From an uncultured Nitrososphaerota archaeon (lineage in GTDB: Archaea > Thermoproteota > Methanomethylicia > Nezhaarchaeales > B40-G2): a stretch of DNA of 64,000 nucleotides. A model generated the notes under the pieces. That model had not been told where the DNA came from. It ran no database searches and saw only the letters and a list, made by a program, of their open reading frames with translations. Position 1 is the first letter of the stretch, and each line of letters begins with the position of its first letter. Location: assembly GCA_964626365.1 (NCBI GenBank), contig CAZVDL010000005.1:3075-67074 (forward strand), read 5' to 3'. The position numbers were made by a program, and so were the translations under genes. Shown one piece after another: positions 46,432 to 57,069 of this stretch.

Positions 46432-47512
46432 CCTAGCCGTGCTCCTCCTAGCGTCGCTGATAATAGCTTCCTCGGCCATAGTACTGGTCGGTAGGCCTCC
46501 GGTGGAGGTTGAGCTGAGGGTCGTCGACGCCTACGACTCAGCTAAAATAGGGAGGCTAGACACGCTGGTCGTAGAGGTCAGGAACCTAGGAGGCTCAGAG
46601 CTTAGCCCCGTGTTCTTCGTGACGGACGGAAGCCCTGGAGGGTATAAGGCCTGGAAGATCGTGGAGGGGCCCAGGCTGGTTGAGCCCGGCGCCAAGGCCC
46701 GCTTCGTCATTAAGTCCCCTTACCCCTTAAACGCCATACCCCCTAGCAGGGGCTTCATCGTCCTCCTGCTGGACCCTTCCAACGAGACGGTCAAGGCCAA
46801 GAGCCGCCTATGTAGGTTCAACCTACCGTTCACCCCTCTACGCAACCCTAACTTAGATTACTGGGTCTACGATGTCAAGAAGGGGTATAGCGAACCCTTC
46901 GCCTGGTCCTTCATCTACTGTAAGGAGGGCGTCGAGCATGCCTACCTTGAGAAGGTGGACGACACGGCTAGGTTGGTCGTAGCTAACCTGTCCAGGAGGA
47001 AGGGGGATTGGTTAATGAGCGGGCTGTGGCAAACCGTGGAGTTTCCGGAGGTAGTCGAGGTTAAGGTCAAACCCATGTTCAGCACGCCGGTGAGCAGAAG
47101 ACCTTCAAGGGTGGTGGCTGTAGAGGTGGGCTATGGCCACTGGGACTGGGATGAACATAGGAGGATAAGCAACTACACTGTGATACCCTACAAAGGCCTA
47201 TGGATAGCTTTCACCAACGACACCGAGGAGCCAATCCTGTTGAGGAACTGCATGTGGGAAGGAGTGGCTATATACTTCGTGCCCGTTAAGGTGGGAGAGT
47301 GGAACGTGGTTAAGGTAAACGTTACCAGGCTACTGCTTGAGCTTGGATGGGAACTGCCTGAGCCGCAGCCGTACACCTATGAAGGCAACCTCTACGTGAT
47401 TAGGAGGGCTGAGCTCACGTTATTCGTGGCTAAGTACCCTTGGACCCTACACCCCAAGGAGCCCTTAGAGGCATACTTCGATTACGTCAAAATAACCCCC
47501 CATAGAGGCTAG
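46412..47512 (+). CDS. Membrane-anchored extracellular hypothetical protein
   Basis: N-terminal TM helix, Ig-like VEVRNLG segment, several NxS/T sequons, aromatic-rich. Confidence 0.72.
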   Translation: MASLRLNLAVLLLASLIIASSAIVLVGRPPVEVELRVVDAYDSAKIGRLDTLVVEVRNLGGSELSPVFFVTDGSPGGYKAWKIVEGPRLVEPGAKARFVIKSPYPLNAIPPSRGFIVLLLDPSNETVKAKSRLCRFNLPFTPLRNPNLDYWVYDVKKGYSEPFAWSFIYCKEGVEHAYLEKVDDTARLVVANLSRRKGDWLMSGLWQTVEFPEVVEVKVKPMFSTPVSRRPSRVVAVEVGYGHWDWDEHRRISNYTVIPYKGLWIAFTNDTEEPILLRNCMWEGVAIYFVPVKVGEWNVVKVNVTRLLLELGWELPEPQPYTYEGNLYVIRRAELTLFVAKYPWTLHPKEPLEAYFDYVKITPHRG

Positions 47513-47545
47513 CCCAGCCCTCCACGTCGAGGTTGACTCGCCAGC

Positions 47546-49201
47546 CTATGCTTTAAGCACAGCGCCCTCATCAGCTGAGGAGGCCATCTTAGCGTACCTT
47601 ACTAGGCAGCCTCCCTCTACCTTGGGTTTTGGAGGGGTCCACCGCCTCCTCCTAGCCTCAAGCTCGTCTGAGCTTACGTCCAAGTCTATCCTCCTAGCCT
47701 CAACATCTATGACCACGCGGTCGCCCTCCTCGACCAGTGCTATAGGCCCGCCCTCAGCTGCTTCAGGCGATACGTGGCCTATACAGAGCCCCCTCGTGGC
47801 GCCCGAGAACCGTCCATCGGTTACGAGGGCAACTCTCCCCGACATACCCATCCCCGCTATGATGGCGGTGGCCTGTAGCATCTCTCTCATCCCCGGGCCT
47901 CCTTTAGGCCCCTCATACCTGATTATGACCACGTCGCCTTCCTCAACATCGCCGTTAAGTAGCGCCTTAACCGCTTCTTCCTCACCGTCATACACTTTAG
48001 CTCTACCTTCGAACTTCATGGCCTCCTTGGGGACCGCCGCGGTCTTTAACACGGACCCTCGAGGCGCCAAGCTCCCCTTCAACACTGCTATACCTCCAAC
48101 GGTCGACACCGGGCGGTTCAACGGCCTTATCACGGCGGGGTCTCGTACTGTTACCCCCTCGAGGTTCTCCTTAACTGTTCTCCCCGTCACGGTCAGGGCT
48201 TCAAGGTTTAGGAGAGGGGACAACTCAGACATTAAGGCGGGTACGCCACCAGCCGCCTCCAAGTCCTCCATGGTATGCGGCCCTCCTGGAACCATGGTGC
48301 ATAGCTGAGGCACCCTCCTACTCATGTAGTCAAAGTCGTCTAGGCTAAGCTCCACCCCAGCCTCCCTGGCTATGGCTGGTAGATGGAGCACGGTGTTAGT
48401 CGAGCCTCCAAGCGCCAGGTCGACGGCTATGGCGTTCTCGAAAGCCTTCCTGATCATTATTCGCCTCGCCGTCAACCCCTCCTTAACCATCTCCACGGCC
48501 CTAACCCCGCTGCGGAAGGCTATCTCCAGCTTCTTAGCCGTGTCAGCGTGCGCCGTGGCGCAGCCCGGCAGAGACATCCCTAGGGCCTCAGTGAGGCAGG
48601 CCATGGTATTGGCGGTGAACATGCCGTTGCAGGAGCCGGGCCCTGGACAAGCCGCCTTCTCCAGCTCCGCTAGCTCCTCCTCCTTGAGCTCGCCCCTCTT
48701 CACCCTCCCGACGGCCTCGAACACCGAGGCTACGCCCACCTTAGACCCCCTATAGAGCCCGGACCTCATGGGTCCGCCGGTCACTACTATGGATGGTATG
48801 TCTAGCCTAGCCGCCGCCATTAACATCCCAGGCGTTATCTTGTCGCAGTTGGTGACTAGCACCATGCCGTCGAACCTATGCGCCTCGACCACCATCTCCA
48901 CTGAGTCAGCTATCAGGTCGCGTGAAGGCAACGAGTACTTCATGCCCCTGTGGCCCATGGCTATGCCGTCGCAGATGGCTATGGTGTTGACCTCGAAGGG
49001 CACGCCCCCGGCAGCCCTAACACCCTGCTTCACGGCCTCAGCGAGCCTACGTAGATGTATGTGGCCTGGGACCACCTCAGAGTAGCTGTTGACGACCGCT
49101 ATGAAGGGCCTCGCGAAGTCCTCGTCGCTTAGCCCTAGCGCCCTAAGCAGAGCTCTATGGGGGGCTCTCTCTAAGCCCTCTTTAGCCTCAGAGCTTCTCA
49201 T
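47546..49201 (-). CDS. ilvD: Dihydroxy-acid dehydratase
   Basis: [52 protein letters not shown]. Confidence 0.96.
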   Translation of the reverse strand: MRSSEAKEGLERAPHRALLRALGLSDEDFARPFIAVVNSYSEVVPGHIHLRRLAEAVKQGVRAAGGVPFEVNTIAICDGIAMGHRGMKYSLPSRDLIADSVEMVVEAHRFDGMVLVTNCDKITPGMLMAAARLDIPSIVVTGGPMRSGLYRGSKVGVASVFEAVGRVKRGELKEEELAELEKAACPGPGSCNGMFTANTMACLTEALGMSLPGCATAHADTAKKLEIAFRSGVRAVEMVKEGLTARRIMIRKAFENAIAVDLALGGSTNTVLHLPAIAREAGVELSLDDFDYMSRRVPQLCTMVPGGPHTMEDLEAAGGVPALMSELSPLLNLEALTVTGRTVKENLEGVTVRDPAVIRPLNRPVSTVGGIAVLKGSLAPRGSVLKTAAVPKEAMKFEGRAKVYDGEEEAVKALLNGDVEEGDVVIIRYEGPKGGPGMREMLQATAIIAGMGMSGRVALVTDGRFSGATRGLCIGHVSPEAAEGGPIALVEEGDRVVIDVEARRIDLDVSSDELEARRRRWTPPKPKVEGGCLVRYAKMASSADEGAVLKA

Positions 49202-49248
49202 AGCGCTGTTCCTAAGCGCTTAGCTGGGATTAACGCGTTACGCCCAGC

Positions 49249-49656
49249 TTATCTGCTCGGCTTAAAGCCGGCCTTGCCTAGGCTCTCTATGAAGCTAAGC
49301 AGCTTCTTTAAGGTCTCCTCGCTTATCGAGTGTTCAAGGGCGCAGCTATCGCGCTCGGCTGTCTCTCTGTCGACGCCTAGGACCTCGTGTAGGAACTTCA
49401 GGAGGACCAAGTGTCGGTTATAGATCCTCTTGGCTAGATCCTCGCCCTCCTTGGTCAGCACTATGGACCCATACCTTTCATGTTTAACTAGGTTGCGCTC
49501 AGCCAACTTCTCGATAGCCTCGTTGGCGCTGGACGCCCTTACGTTAAGCCTCGCCGCTAAGTCCTTCATCCTCGCCTCGCCCTTCTCCCTCTGCAATATA
49601 TAGACGGCCTCTAAGTAGTCCTCCAGGCTCCTCGTCAGCTTAGGCTCCTCGCCCAA
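49249..49656 (-). CDS. DtxR/MntR family metal-dependent repressor
   Basis: SLEDYLEAVY, DLAARLNV, RH..L..FL..VLGV, CALEH. Confidence 0.92.
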   Translation of the reverse strand: MGEEPKLTRSLEDYLEAVYILQREKGEARMKDLAARLNVRASSANEAIEKLAERNLVKHERYGSIVLTKEGEDLAKRIYNRHLVLLKFLHEVLGVDRETAERDSCALEHSISEETLKKLLSFIESLGKAGFKPSR

Positions 49657-49765
49657 GACTCTTCAACCCACTGCTGGCTGACTGAGCAGTTAACCTTTTC
49701 GTCGCCTTTCTGTGCATAGTTCAATAATTAGCTTTAAATAGGATGACCTCCTCCTCGGCGCTAGA

Positions 49766-49783
49766 AGTTAGGGGTGCCTAACT
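49766..49783. promoter_or_regulatory. DtxR-type operator palindrome
   Basis: AGTTAGG-GGTG-CCTAACT immediately before the feoA-fusion start, between divergent dtxR and feoAB. Confidence 0.75.
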
Positions 49784-49786
49784 AGC

Positions 49787-50419
49787 GTGGGGCAGGCCGA
49801 GTTAATGGAGGAGCTCCTAGAGGCCATCCTAACCATGGAGATTAGGGGGATGAGGGCTACGCCTAAAGAGTTAGCTGAGGAGCTAAAGGTAGATGTTAGC
49901 GCTGTCGAGGAGCTGCTGAGGAAAGCCTTGGATAAGGGGCTCGTGGCCGAGGATCAGGGACGCTACCTGCTAACCCCCAAAGGGCTCGAGGAGGTACATG
50001 TACACAGGGAGCGCTACATCCATGACAGGCTACTCCACGGCTCCACCATCCTAGGCAGGCTAAGCAAGGTGGTTGAAGGCAGAGTGTACGACCTCGACGC
50101 GCACTGGCACCATAGACACGGCATCAACGGCCCAGCGCTTAGCGCCCTACACCGGGGCTTTATGGGGGTTGAAGGCAGGGTGGAGGAGCTTGTACCCTTA
50201 ACGTGGCTTAGGCCAGGCTCCCGGGGCGTAGTGGTCTTCGCCCTTGGAGGCTACGGCTTAGTGAGGAGACTGGCCGAGATGGGCTTGACCCCGGGCACGG
50301 AGGTCCGAGTTACGCGCAGGGCCCCATTGAGGGGGCCCATTGAGGTCCAAGTTAGAGGCGTGTCGCTGGCGTTAGGCTTCGGCGTAGCCTCGAAGGTAAT
50401 AGTTAAGCCTCTAGAGTGA
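49787..50419 (+). CDS. feoA: wHTH-His-rich-FeoA fusion protein
   Basis: EELLEAI..ELAEELKV..YLLTPKG, His-rich linker, RRLAEMGLTPGTEV..APLRGPIEV. Confidence 0.8.
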   Translation: MGQAELMEELLEAILTMEIRGMRATPKELAEELKVDVSAVEELLRKALDKGLVAEDQGRYLLTPKGLEEVHVHRERYIHDRLLHGSTILGRLSKVVEGRVYDLDAHWHHRHGINGPALSALHRGFMGVEGRVEELVPLTWLRPGSRGVVVFALGGYGLVRRLAEMGLTPGTEVRVTRRAPLRGPIEVQVRGVSLALGFGVASKVIVKPLE

Positions 50420-50429
50420 AGGGCCTGCT

Positions 50430-52388
50430 ATGAGGACCCTGTCGATAGCCTTAGCCGGCAACTCTAACGTAGGTAAGAGTGCTCTCTTTAACCAGCTGAC
50501 AGGGTTAAGGCAGAACGTAGGCAACTGGCCGGGCACCACCGTGGAGAAGGTCGAGGGGGCCCTCTACTTCCAGGGGTTCAAGATAAAGGTGGTCGACTTA
50601 CCGGGCGTCTACTCGCTCTCGGCATTTTCAGCTGACGAGAGGGTCGCTAGAGAATACATAGCGTCGGGCGAGCCAGACGTGGTTATAGACGTGGTCGACG
50701 CTACGGCCCTAGAGAGGAACCTGTACTTGACGCTGCAGCTGCTCGAGCTGAGCGCCCCCATGGTCGTGGCGCTTAATCAAGTTGACGCTGCGGCTAGAAA
50801 GGGGCTGGTTATAGACGTCGAAGCCCTATCGAGGGAGCTAGGCGTGCCCGTCGCTCCCACGGTGGCTATAACAGGCCAGGGAGTCAAGGAGCTCCTCGCC
50901 CTAGCCGTGAAGGCGGCTCAGGAGAAGGTTAGACCTCCCTCCCCTAAGTATGGCAGGGAGGTTGAGGAGAGGGTTGCGAGGCTAGCCCTCGAGGTTGAAC
51001 GTAGGAGCGAGCAGCTTGGGTTAAGGTACCCAGCTAGGTGGGTGGCACTCAAACTCCTAGAGCGCGATGAAGAGATAACGAAGCTCCTGCTCAGCCGCCC
51101 TCAAGGGCGCGAGCTGGTGATGTTAGCTGAGGCCCTAGCGGAGGAGCTTGAGGAGATCCACGGTGAGCCCTCGCCTATGGTTATCGCTGCGGAGCGCTAC
51201 AACGTGGCGGCTAGGATAGCTAGGCTTTGCGTTAAGGCTGTAGCCCCGCCTAAGCCCTCCCTCACCGATAGACTCGACTCGCTATTAATGCACAGGGTTT
51301 TAGGGTACCCTATACTGGCAGGGGTCCTAGTGTCGGTCTTTGCTTTCATCTTCCACGTTGGAAGCCTGCTCGCAAGTCCATTAGAGGCTCTATTCAGCGA
51401 CTTCGTGGCTCCAGCGGTTCGAAGCACTCTATCAGCCACCCTGCCTGAGGCGGGGGTTGACCTCGTGGTGAACGGCGTAGTGATGGGGGTGGCCGCGGGG
51501 ATCACGGTGATCCTTCCCTTCATCCTCCCGTTCTACCTAGCCTTGGCTATCCTGGAGGACTCGGGCTACCTGCCTAGGGCGGCTTTCCTTACTGACACCT
51601 TGATGCATAAGCTGGGCCTTCACGGTAGGGCCGTGGTCCCGATGGTGCTAGGGTACGGGTGTAACGTGCCGGCGGTGATGGCGTGCCGAGTGCTTGAGAC
51701 TGAGCGTGAGCGCCTGATAGCTGGTCTCCTCGTGGTGTTGATACCCTGTGCAGCGAGGACGGTGGTGATCTTGGGCCTCGTGGGCAGGTTTATAGGAGTA
51801 CACGCGGCCTTAGCCCTCTACCTCCTGGACTTGGCGGTCGTGGTGCTTCTTGGCAGAGCGGCCTTTAAGCTGCTGCCAGGCGAGGCTCTAGGCCTCATCA
51901 TGGAGATCCCTCCCTACAGGGTGCCGTCGCCTAAGTCGGTGCTAACTAAGACCCTGACTAGGACCTGGTCCTTCATTTACATAGCCTTCCCCCTCATAGT
52001 GGGGGGCAGTGTAGCTATAGAGGGCCTAAGGCTGACAGGCCTCCTAGAGCTGTTCGTGGAGACCTCAAAGCCCTTCATGGAGGGCCTGCTGGGCCTGCCA
52101 GCGATGTGCGCTGTGCCCATAGTCTTCGGGGTGTTGAGGAAGGAGCTCACCCTCATAATGCTGGCTGAAGTGGCGGGGACCACAAATCTGGCCTCGGTGC
52201 TGACCGCCCATCAAATGCTGGTGTTCACGGCGGTGGTAATGCTGTATGTGCCCTGCGTAGCTACCATAGCCTCGCTCGTACATGAGTTCGGCGCTAAGAG
52301 AGCCCTGTACATGACCCTGCTCTACGTGGGCCTAGCGTTGGCTGCGGGGGCGCTACTCAACTTTACCTTGGCTCTCCTCGGGATTTAG
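50430..52388 (+). CDS. feoB: Ferrous iron transporter FeoB
   Basis: [61 protein letters not shown]. Confidence 0.95.
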   Translation: MRTLSIALAGNSNVGKSALFNQLTGLRQNVGNWPGTTVEKVEGALYFQGFKIKVVDLPGVYSLSAFSADERVAREYIASGEPDVVIDVVDATALERNLYLTLQLLELSAPMVVALNQVDAAARKGLVIDVEALSRELGVPVAPTVAITGQGVKELLALAVKAAQEKVRPPSPKYGREVEERVARLALEVERRSEQLGLRYPARWVALKLLERDEEITKLLLSRPQGRELVMLAEALAEELEEIHGEPSPMVIAAERYNVAARIARLCVKAVAPPKPSLTDRLDSLLMHRVLGYPILAGVLVSVFAFIFHVGSLLASPLEALFSDFVAPAVRSTLSATLPEAGVDLVVNGVVMGVAAGITVILPFILPFYLALAILEDSGYLPRAAFLTDTLMHKLGLHGRAVVPMVLGYGCNVPAVMACRVLETERERLIAGLLVVLIPCAARTVVILGLVGRFIGVHAALALYLLDLAVVVLLGRAAFKLLPGEALGLIMEIPPYRVPSPKSVLTKTLTRTWSFIYIAFPLIVGGSVAIEGLRLTGLLELFVETSKPFMEGLLGLPAMCAVPIVFGVLRKELTLIMLAEVAGTTNLASVLTAHQMLVFTAVVMLYVPCVATIASLVHEFGAKRALYMTLLYVGLALAAGALLNFTLALLGI

Positions 52389-53374
52389 CCTTCCCTCCAC
52401 ATTAACTTCCTTAGCTCCCTACCCACCTTCTCTATTGGGTGCTCCTCGAGCTCCCTCATGTACTTATTGAAGGCCTCAGGACCCTCACGCCTCCAAGCTT
52501 CAACCCACTCCCTAGCGAACTCGCCTGACTGCACCTCCGATAGGACCTTTCTCATGGCCTCCTTGACCCCCTCGCCGATAACCCTTCCTCCCCTCGTAAG
52601 CCCCCCGTAGCGGGCGGTCTCGCTCACCCTCCTATACATGCCCGCTATGCCGTAGCGCTGGATAAGGTCCACTATCAGCTTAAGCTCATGGAGGCACTCG
52701 AAGTATGCAACCTCAGGCTGGTATCCAGCCTCCACGAGGACCTCGAAGGCCGTCCTGATGAGCCTATCCACGCCGCCGCATAGGTCTACCTGCTCGCCGA
52801 ACCAGTCGGTCTCGACCTCCTCCTTGAACGTGGTCTCTATAACTCCGGCCCTCGTGGCGCCTATGCCCTTAGCTAGGGCTAAGACACGCTGCCAAGCCCT
52901 GCCCGTGTAGTCTTGTTGAACCGCCACCAGCGCTGGTGCCCCAAAGCCCTCAAGGTACAGCTCGCGTACACGCTGGCCTGGAGCCTTGGGAGCCACCATA
53001 ATCACGTCCACGTACTCGGGGGGCTTGATCCACCTCCAATGTATGGCTGCGCCATGGGAGAAGCATAGGGCCTTGCCGGGCTTAAGGTGGTCCTTAACCT
53101 GGCTCTCATACACCTCAGCCTGAACCATGTCTGGGATCAGGAAGTGTATGATGTCGCCCCGCTTAGCGGCCTCAGGTATATCGTAGACCTCGAAGCCATC
53201 TCGCCTAGCCATCTCCCTCGTCTCGTCGCCCCTTAAGCCCAGTATCACGTTGAGCCCCGAGTCCCTTAGGTTATTGGCTTGGGCGTAGCCCTGGTTCCCA
53301 TAGCCTATTATAGCTATGACCTCCCCCTTTAATGGGTCCAGGCTTACCTCCTCATCCCTCCATATCCTAGCCAA
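52385..53374 (-). CDS. ilvC: Ketol-acid reductoisomerase (class I)
   Basis: [49 protein letters not shown]. Confidence 0.96.
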   Translation of the reverse strand: MARIWRDEEVSLDPLKGEVIAIIGYGNQGYAQANNLRDSGLNVILGLRGDETREMARRDGFEVYDIPEAAKRGDIIHFLIPDMVQAEVYESQVKDHLKPGKALCFSHGAAIHWRWIKPPEYVDVIMVAPKAPGQRVRELYLEGFGAPALVAVQQDYTGRAWQRVLALAKGIGATRAGVIETTFKEEVETDWFGEQVDLCGGVDRLIRTAFEVLVEAGYQPEVAYFECLHELKLIVDLIQRYGIAGMYRRVSETARYGGLTRGGRVIGEGVKEAMRKVLSEVQSGEFAREWVEAWRREGPEAFNKYMRELEEHPIEKVGRELRKLMWREG

Positions 53375-53410
53375 GGAAGGCCACCTACGAGCACTCCTCT
53401 CAGCTGAGCT

Positions 53411-53785
53411 TTAAAACCGCTTCCTCCCCAATACCCCCAGTTTCCTAAGGAGCCTCAACACCTTGGGCGCCGCCCTAGCCACGTCCTCCTCAGTGGCCGT
53501 GTAGGCAGCGCTACACTCTGGGTCTACGGTGACTCCAACTCCCTCCACGTATATGAAGGGGTAGACCCTGCAGCCCTCAGGTCTATCTGGGTACACCCTA
53601 CAGGTCCTCGATTTAGGGTCATAGAAGAAGCAGTGGCCATCTACGTTCTTAAGCCTTAAGAGCCCGTCCCTAAGCTCGTAGAAGCCTCTATAGCCTAACC
53701 TCTCAAGGCGCCTCACGTCGTCCTCGGTCAAGGGCATCTCGGTGTCTAAGCAGCACCTCCCGCATCTGAGGCAGGTAAAGGGCAT
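53411..53785 (-). CDS. YkgJ family cysteine-cluster protein
   Basis: CLRCGRCC, CFF, CRVY..RPEGCRVYPF. Confidence 0.9.
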   Translation of the reverse strand: MPFTCLRCGRCCLDTEMPLTEDDVRRLERLGYRGFYELRDGLLRLKNVDGHCFFYDPKSRTCRVYPDRPEGCRVYPFIYVEGVGVTVDPECSAAYTATEEDVARAAPKVLRLLRKLGVLGRKRF

Positions 53786-53787
53786 AG

Positions 53788-54570
53788 TTAGCCCGCCACT
53801 ATCGAGTACACTTTCTTGAGGAGCTCGACGACCTCCTCTACTCCCCTAACGTAAAACTTGGCAGTACTCCTCTTCTTAGCTCCGACCACCACAGTGATTC
53901 CCAGGTGCTTGAGCGCCTTAAACGCGGCCTCGTCGGTCTCATCGTCGCCTACATACACCGGCACACGGTCAGTTCCTCCAGCCTTACTGAGCAGCAATAG
54001 AGCCGCCTTACCTTTATCCCAGTCCACGTCCGGTAGTAGCTCTACCACCTTCTTGCCTCTCAATGCTCTTAGACCTTCGCTTGAAGCCAAGATGGCATTG
54101 AGTTCCCTAGCCACGCGCTTAACGTAACCTCTAGGCACTAACCTATAATGCACGGCTACGCTGAAGCCCTTATCTTCAATTAGGACCCCTGGGACCCCTG
54201 AAAGCCTATCGTTAAGCCTGTCTTTGACCTCCTCAACCGCCCTTCTAGCCTCGTCGAGCCCCTCAACCATAAACCTTAAGCCCGGCCCCTCTATGACCAT
54301 CCCGTGGAGGCCAGCATAGTAAGCTTCCTCCAGCCCCACTAAACCTTTCAGCTGGTCCAGCCCCCTACCGCTTATGATAGCCAGCTTAACCCACTTACTG
54401 AGGGCAAGCTTCCTAAGCAGCGCTTTAACGTCGCCACTTAACACCGCCTCTTCAGGCCTGCTAGCTATGGGGGTCAGGGTGCCGTCGTAATCTAGCATCA
54501 AGAACACGCCTAGCGAAGCCCTTAAGGTGCCCTCGACCTCAAGCCAATGCCTAAATAAGTACAGGGGCAT
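53788..54570 (-). CDS. otsB: Trehalose-6-phosphate phosphatase
   Basis: LDYDGTLTPI, ISGR, EDKGFSVAVHYR, GKKVVEL, WDKG, GDDETDE. Confidence 0.9.
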   Translation of the reverse strand: MPLYLFRHWLEVEGTLRASLGVFLMLDYDGTLTPIASRPEEAVLSGDVKALLRKLALSKWVKLAIISGRGLDQLKGLVGLEEAYYAGLHGMVIEGPGLRFMVEGLDEARRAVEEVKDRLNDRLSGVPGVLIEDKGFSVAVHYRLVPRGYVKRVARELNAILASSEGLRALRGKKVVELLPDVDWDKGKAALLLLSKAGGTDRVPVYVGDDETDEAAFKALKHLGITVVVGAKKRSTAKFYVRGVEEVVELLKKVYSIVAG

Positions 54571-54635
54571 CCTGTCAACCTTGCCCCCTCATTCCTAATA
54601 AAGCCTAAACAGAAAAAAAGAGGCGGAGTTTAAGG

Positions 54636-54827
54636 CTACTCGAACCTCGGCTTCTCGTCGGTCTTCTCATAGAATAGGAGACCACACTTACCACACACGT
54701 TTATGCTAGCTGAGACTGAGCGAGTCTTCCCTACCTTTAATAGCACAACTCCATACTTCACCGAGTCATTACCGCACCTAGGGCATTTGCCGAGGCTTAT
54801 TACAGGTTCCACATAGATTATATACAT
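54636..54827 (-). CDS. Small zinc-ribbon protein
   Basis: KCPRCG...VCGKCGLLFYE; followed by a T-tract; exact start uncertain. Confidence 0.7.
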   Translation of the reverse strand: MYIIYVEPVISLGKCPRCGNDSVKYGVVLLKVGKTRSVSASINVCGKCGLLFYEKTDEKPRFE

Positions 54828-54916
54828 TTATAGAGTTTATATAGTTTTTCCTACAAGAAAAGCTAACTAACCTCTCTTTGTAACCCTCTGAGAGCCGTAG
54901 ATGAAGGTCTTGCTCA

Positions 54917-55289
54917 AGCTTAGGGAGCGTGGTGGTCGACTTTCAGGGCAGGCCTACTGGTATTTTGACGGAACGTGACATTCTTAGGAAGGTAGTGTCC
55001 ACGTGTAGGGACGCCATGAACGTCAAGGTGAAGGAGGCCACGTCTAAGCCCTAATCGCAGGGGGCCCCGACATGGACGTTGTGAGCGCGGCCACCTTAAT
55101 GACCTCTAAGGGGATTAAACGCCTCCCCCCGTGATTGAAGGTGGACAGCTACTAGGCATCTTGACCTTCACAGACCTCGTAAAACATCAGCCCGAGGTCA
55201 TAGACCTGCTGGAGAAGGAGGTTGCATCGGGCGAGCTGCTGTTACTGAGCCTACTAAAGTGGTTAAGGAAGAGGATGCTCTATACTTAG
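54917..55289 (+). pseudogene. CBS-domain protein pseudogene (5'-truncated, two frameshifts)
   Basis: Three frames join into one CBS pair: LGSVVVDFQGRPTGILTERDILRKVV..VKEATSKP / LIAGGPDMDVVSAATLMTSKGIKRLP / VIEGGQLLGILTFTDL. Shifts fall at C-runs 55049-51 and 55125-30. Confidence 0.8.
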
Positions 55290-56122
55290 GGCCGCATACG
55301 CCACGCGGCTAGCCATGCTAGTAACACGGTGGCCGAGGCCGCGATGGATAACGCACCTACAGGTAGACCTACGAGCCTATTTACGAGCACCGTGTACAGC
55401 ATTAGCCCAGCTAGAGCGTTCATCGTGCCGTGCATCACTGAGGATGGAACTACGCTGCCGCTCTTAAGCTTCAGAATCGACATCATCACTGACCATAGCA
55501 CGCAGAGAGCTACATAGGTAGCTAGCCCGAGCAGCCTTTGTTCAGGGTAGTTGTAGCCGAAAAATAGTATGAGAGGGGCGTGCCAGAGAGCCCACACTAC
55601 GCCCGCCGCTATCGCCGAGGTCCAGAAACCTACCCTAAGCCTAAGCTCGTCGAGCATTAAGCCCCTCCACCCTATCTCCTCGCCCAAGGCCACCGCGGCG
55701 TTGAGCGTAGCTCCAGCTAGAGCCCCTAGAGCTAGGAAGGCAGCTAGTAGCAAGTAGGGGTCTAAGGGAGGGGTCAAGCCTAGGCTACGGAAAACCAAGA
55801 CCGCTGGGTTGTATATGGGCAAGTCCAAGGCTAGGGCGTAGGTCACCCCCACCGCATACACCATGAAGGGGAGAGCTAAGCCCACAGCCGCCCACTTAAG
55901 ACACGACGGGCTCCACTTGAAGCCGTAGCCTCTCAGCCCCTCCAAGATAGGCTGGCCGCTTAGAGCTAGGGTCAAGGCGACAGCGAGGAGGGGGGTGAAC
56001 ATCCGGGGCAGGGCGAAGAGAGGAAAGATGTCGACGCGGCTTAGGTAGAAGGCCAAGTCTATGGCGTACGCCAACGAGAAGGACAGCGACACGAAGACTA
56101 CTACCCTCGAAGCCCCGCCCAT
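55286..56122 (-). CDS. CPBP (CAAX/Abi) family intramembrane metalloprotease
   Basis: GEEIGWRG, WALWHAP, SGSV..HGTMN. Confidence 0.92.
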   Translation of the reverse strand: MGGASRVVVFVSLSFSLAYAIDLAFYLSRVDIFPLFALPRMFTPLLAVALTLALSGQPILEGLRGYGFKWSPSCLKWAAVGLALPFMVYAVGVTYALALDLPIYNPAVLVFRSLGLTPPLDPYLLLAAFLALGALAGATLNAAVALGEEIGWRGLMLDELRLRVGFWTSAIAAGVVWALWHAPLILFFGYNYPEQRLLGLATYVALCVLWSVMMSILKLKSGSVVPSSVMHGTMNALAGLMLYTVLVNRLVGLPVGALSIAASATVLLAWLAAWRMRP

Positions 56123-56454
56123 GCAGGTCTATGTAGATAGGCGTAGAGGGCTCTTAAAAAGCTCCCTAGGCTCAGCATCGTGTCCTTAAAGCTCGTGAGC
56201 TGGCGCCATGGCTTAGGCAGACCCAGCTTGCCAGGTCAAGGTCAGAAGGGCACCCTTTCTCCCACCTAAGGAGAAAGGGGTCTTACGTGGTGGAAGCGTC
56301 TATACTTTATGGTAATAATGGGGCCTGAAATTTTGACCAAGTCCTCTCGTTGGCCGACCGCCGTGAACCTGGGGGCAAGGCCTTAAGTGTCCAGCTAGCC
56401 GTTAAAGTTATTGAGCCGAGTGCGCCTAAGTCGCATTGTTGCAAGGTGGGCTTT

Positions 56455-57069
56455 GTGAAACCTGTCGTCGCGTATCTTAGAGTGAGTACCGAGGAGCAAA
56501 GCCTAGAAAATCAGCGGCTAGCGGTTGAGCAGTGGGCTAAGGAGAACGGGTACCTCGTCATCAGGTACTACGAGGACCAAGCTAAGAGCGGCGCCATACC
56601 CCCCTTAAGGAGGGATGGCTTTAGGCAGTTGATCGAGGACATACCTAGGCTTAACCCTAGGCCGGTAGCGGTGCTAACCTACGAGCTCAGCAGGGTGGGG
56701 AGGACGTTTTACGAAACCTTAGAGGCCATTAGCTCGCTGGAAGCCCTCGGAGCCCCCCTCATAAGCATTAGCCCTAAGGAGGGCTTCCTTCAAACTCTCG
56801 ATCCGTCCATCAGGAAGCTGATACTGGCCATACTAACATGGGTAGCTGAGCGCGAACGCGACTTAATCTCGCAGCGAACCAAGGAGGGGATGAGGAGGGC
56901 TAAGCATGAGGGTAAGAGGGTGGGTAGGCCTAGAAAGGAGGTTTCAAGGGTGAGGGTGGAGGAATACCTGCGTAAGGGCCTAAGCCTCTCAGCCATCAGT
57001 AAGATCTTAGGGGTATCTACTAAAACGCTGAAACGGAGGCTGGCGGAGTGGTCCTTAACCACCAAGTAG
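56455..57069 (+). CDS. Small serine recombinase (resolvase/invertase family)
   Basis: AYLRVSTEEQSLENQ, SG, ELSRVGR, AERERDLISQRTKEGM..GRP, C-terminal HTH; start GTG 56455. Confidence 0.92.
   Translation: MKPVVAYLRVSTEEQSLENQRLAVEQWAKENGYLVIRYYEDQAKSGAIPPLRRDGFRQLIEDIPRLNPRPVAVLTYELSRVGRTFYETLEAISSLEALGAPLISISPKEGFLQTLDPSIRKLILAILTWVAERERDLISQRTKEGMRRAKHEGKRVGRPRKEVSRVRVEEYLRKGLSLSAISKILGVSTKTLKRRLAEWSLTTK

Noticed and set aside
56455..57069. IS607-family element
   Set aside because: The HTH is C-terminal (resolvase/invertase layout) rather than N-terminal, and no tnpB follows.
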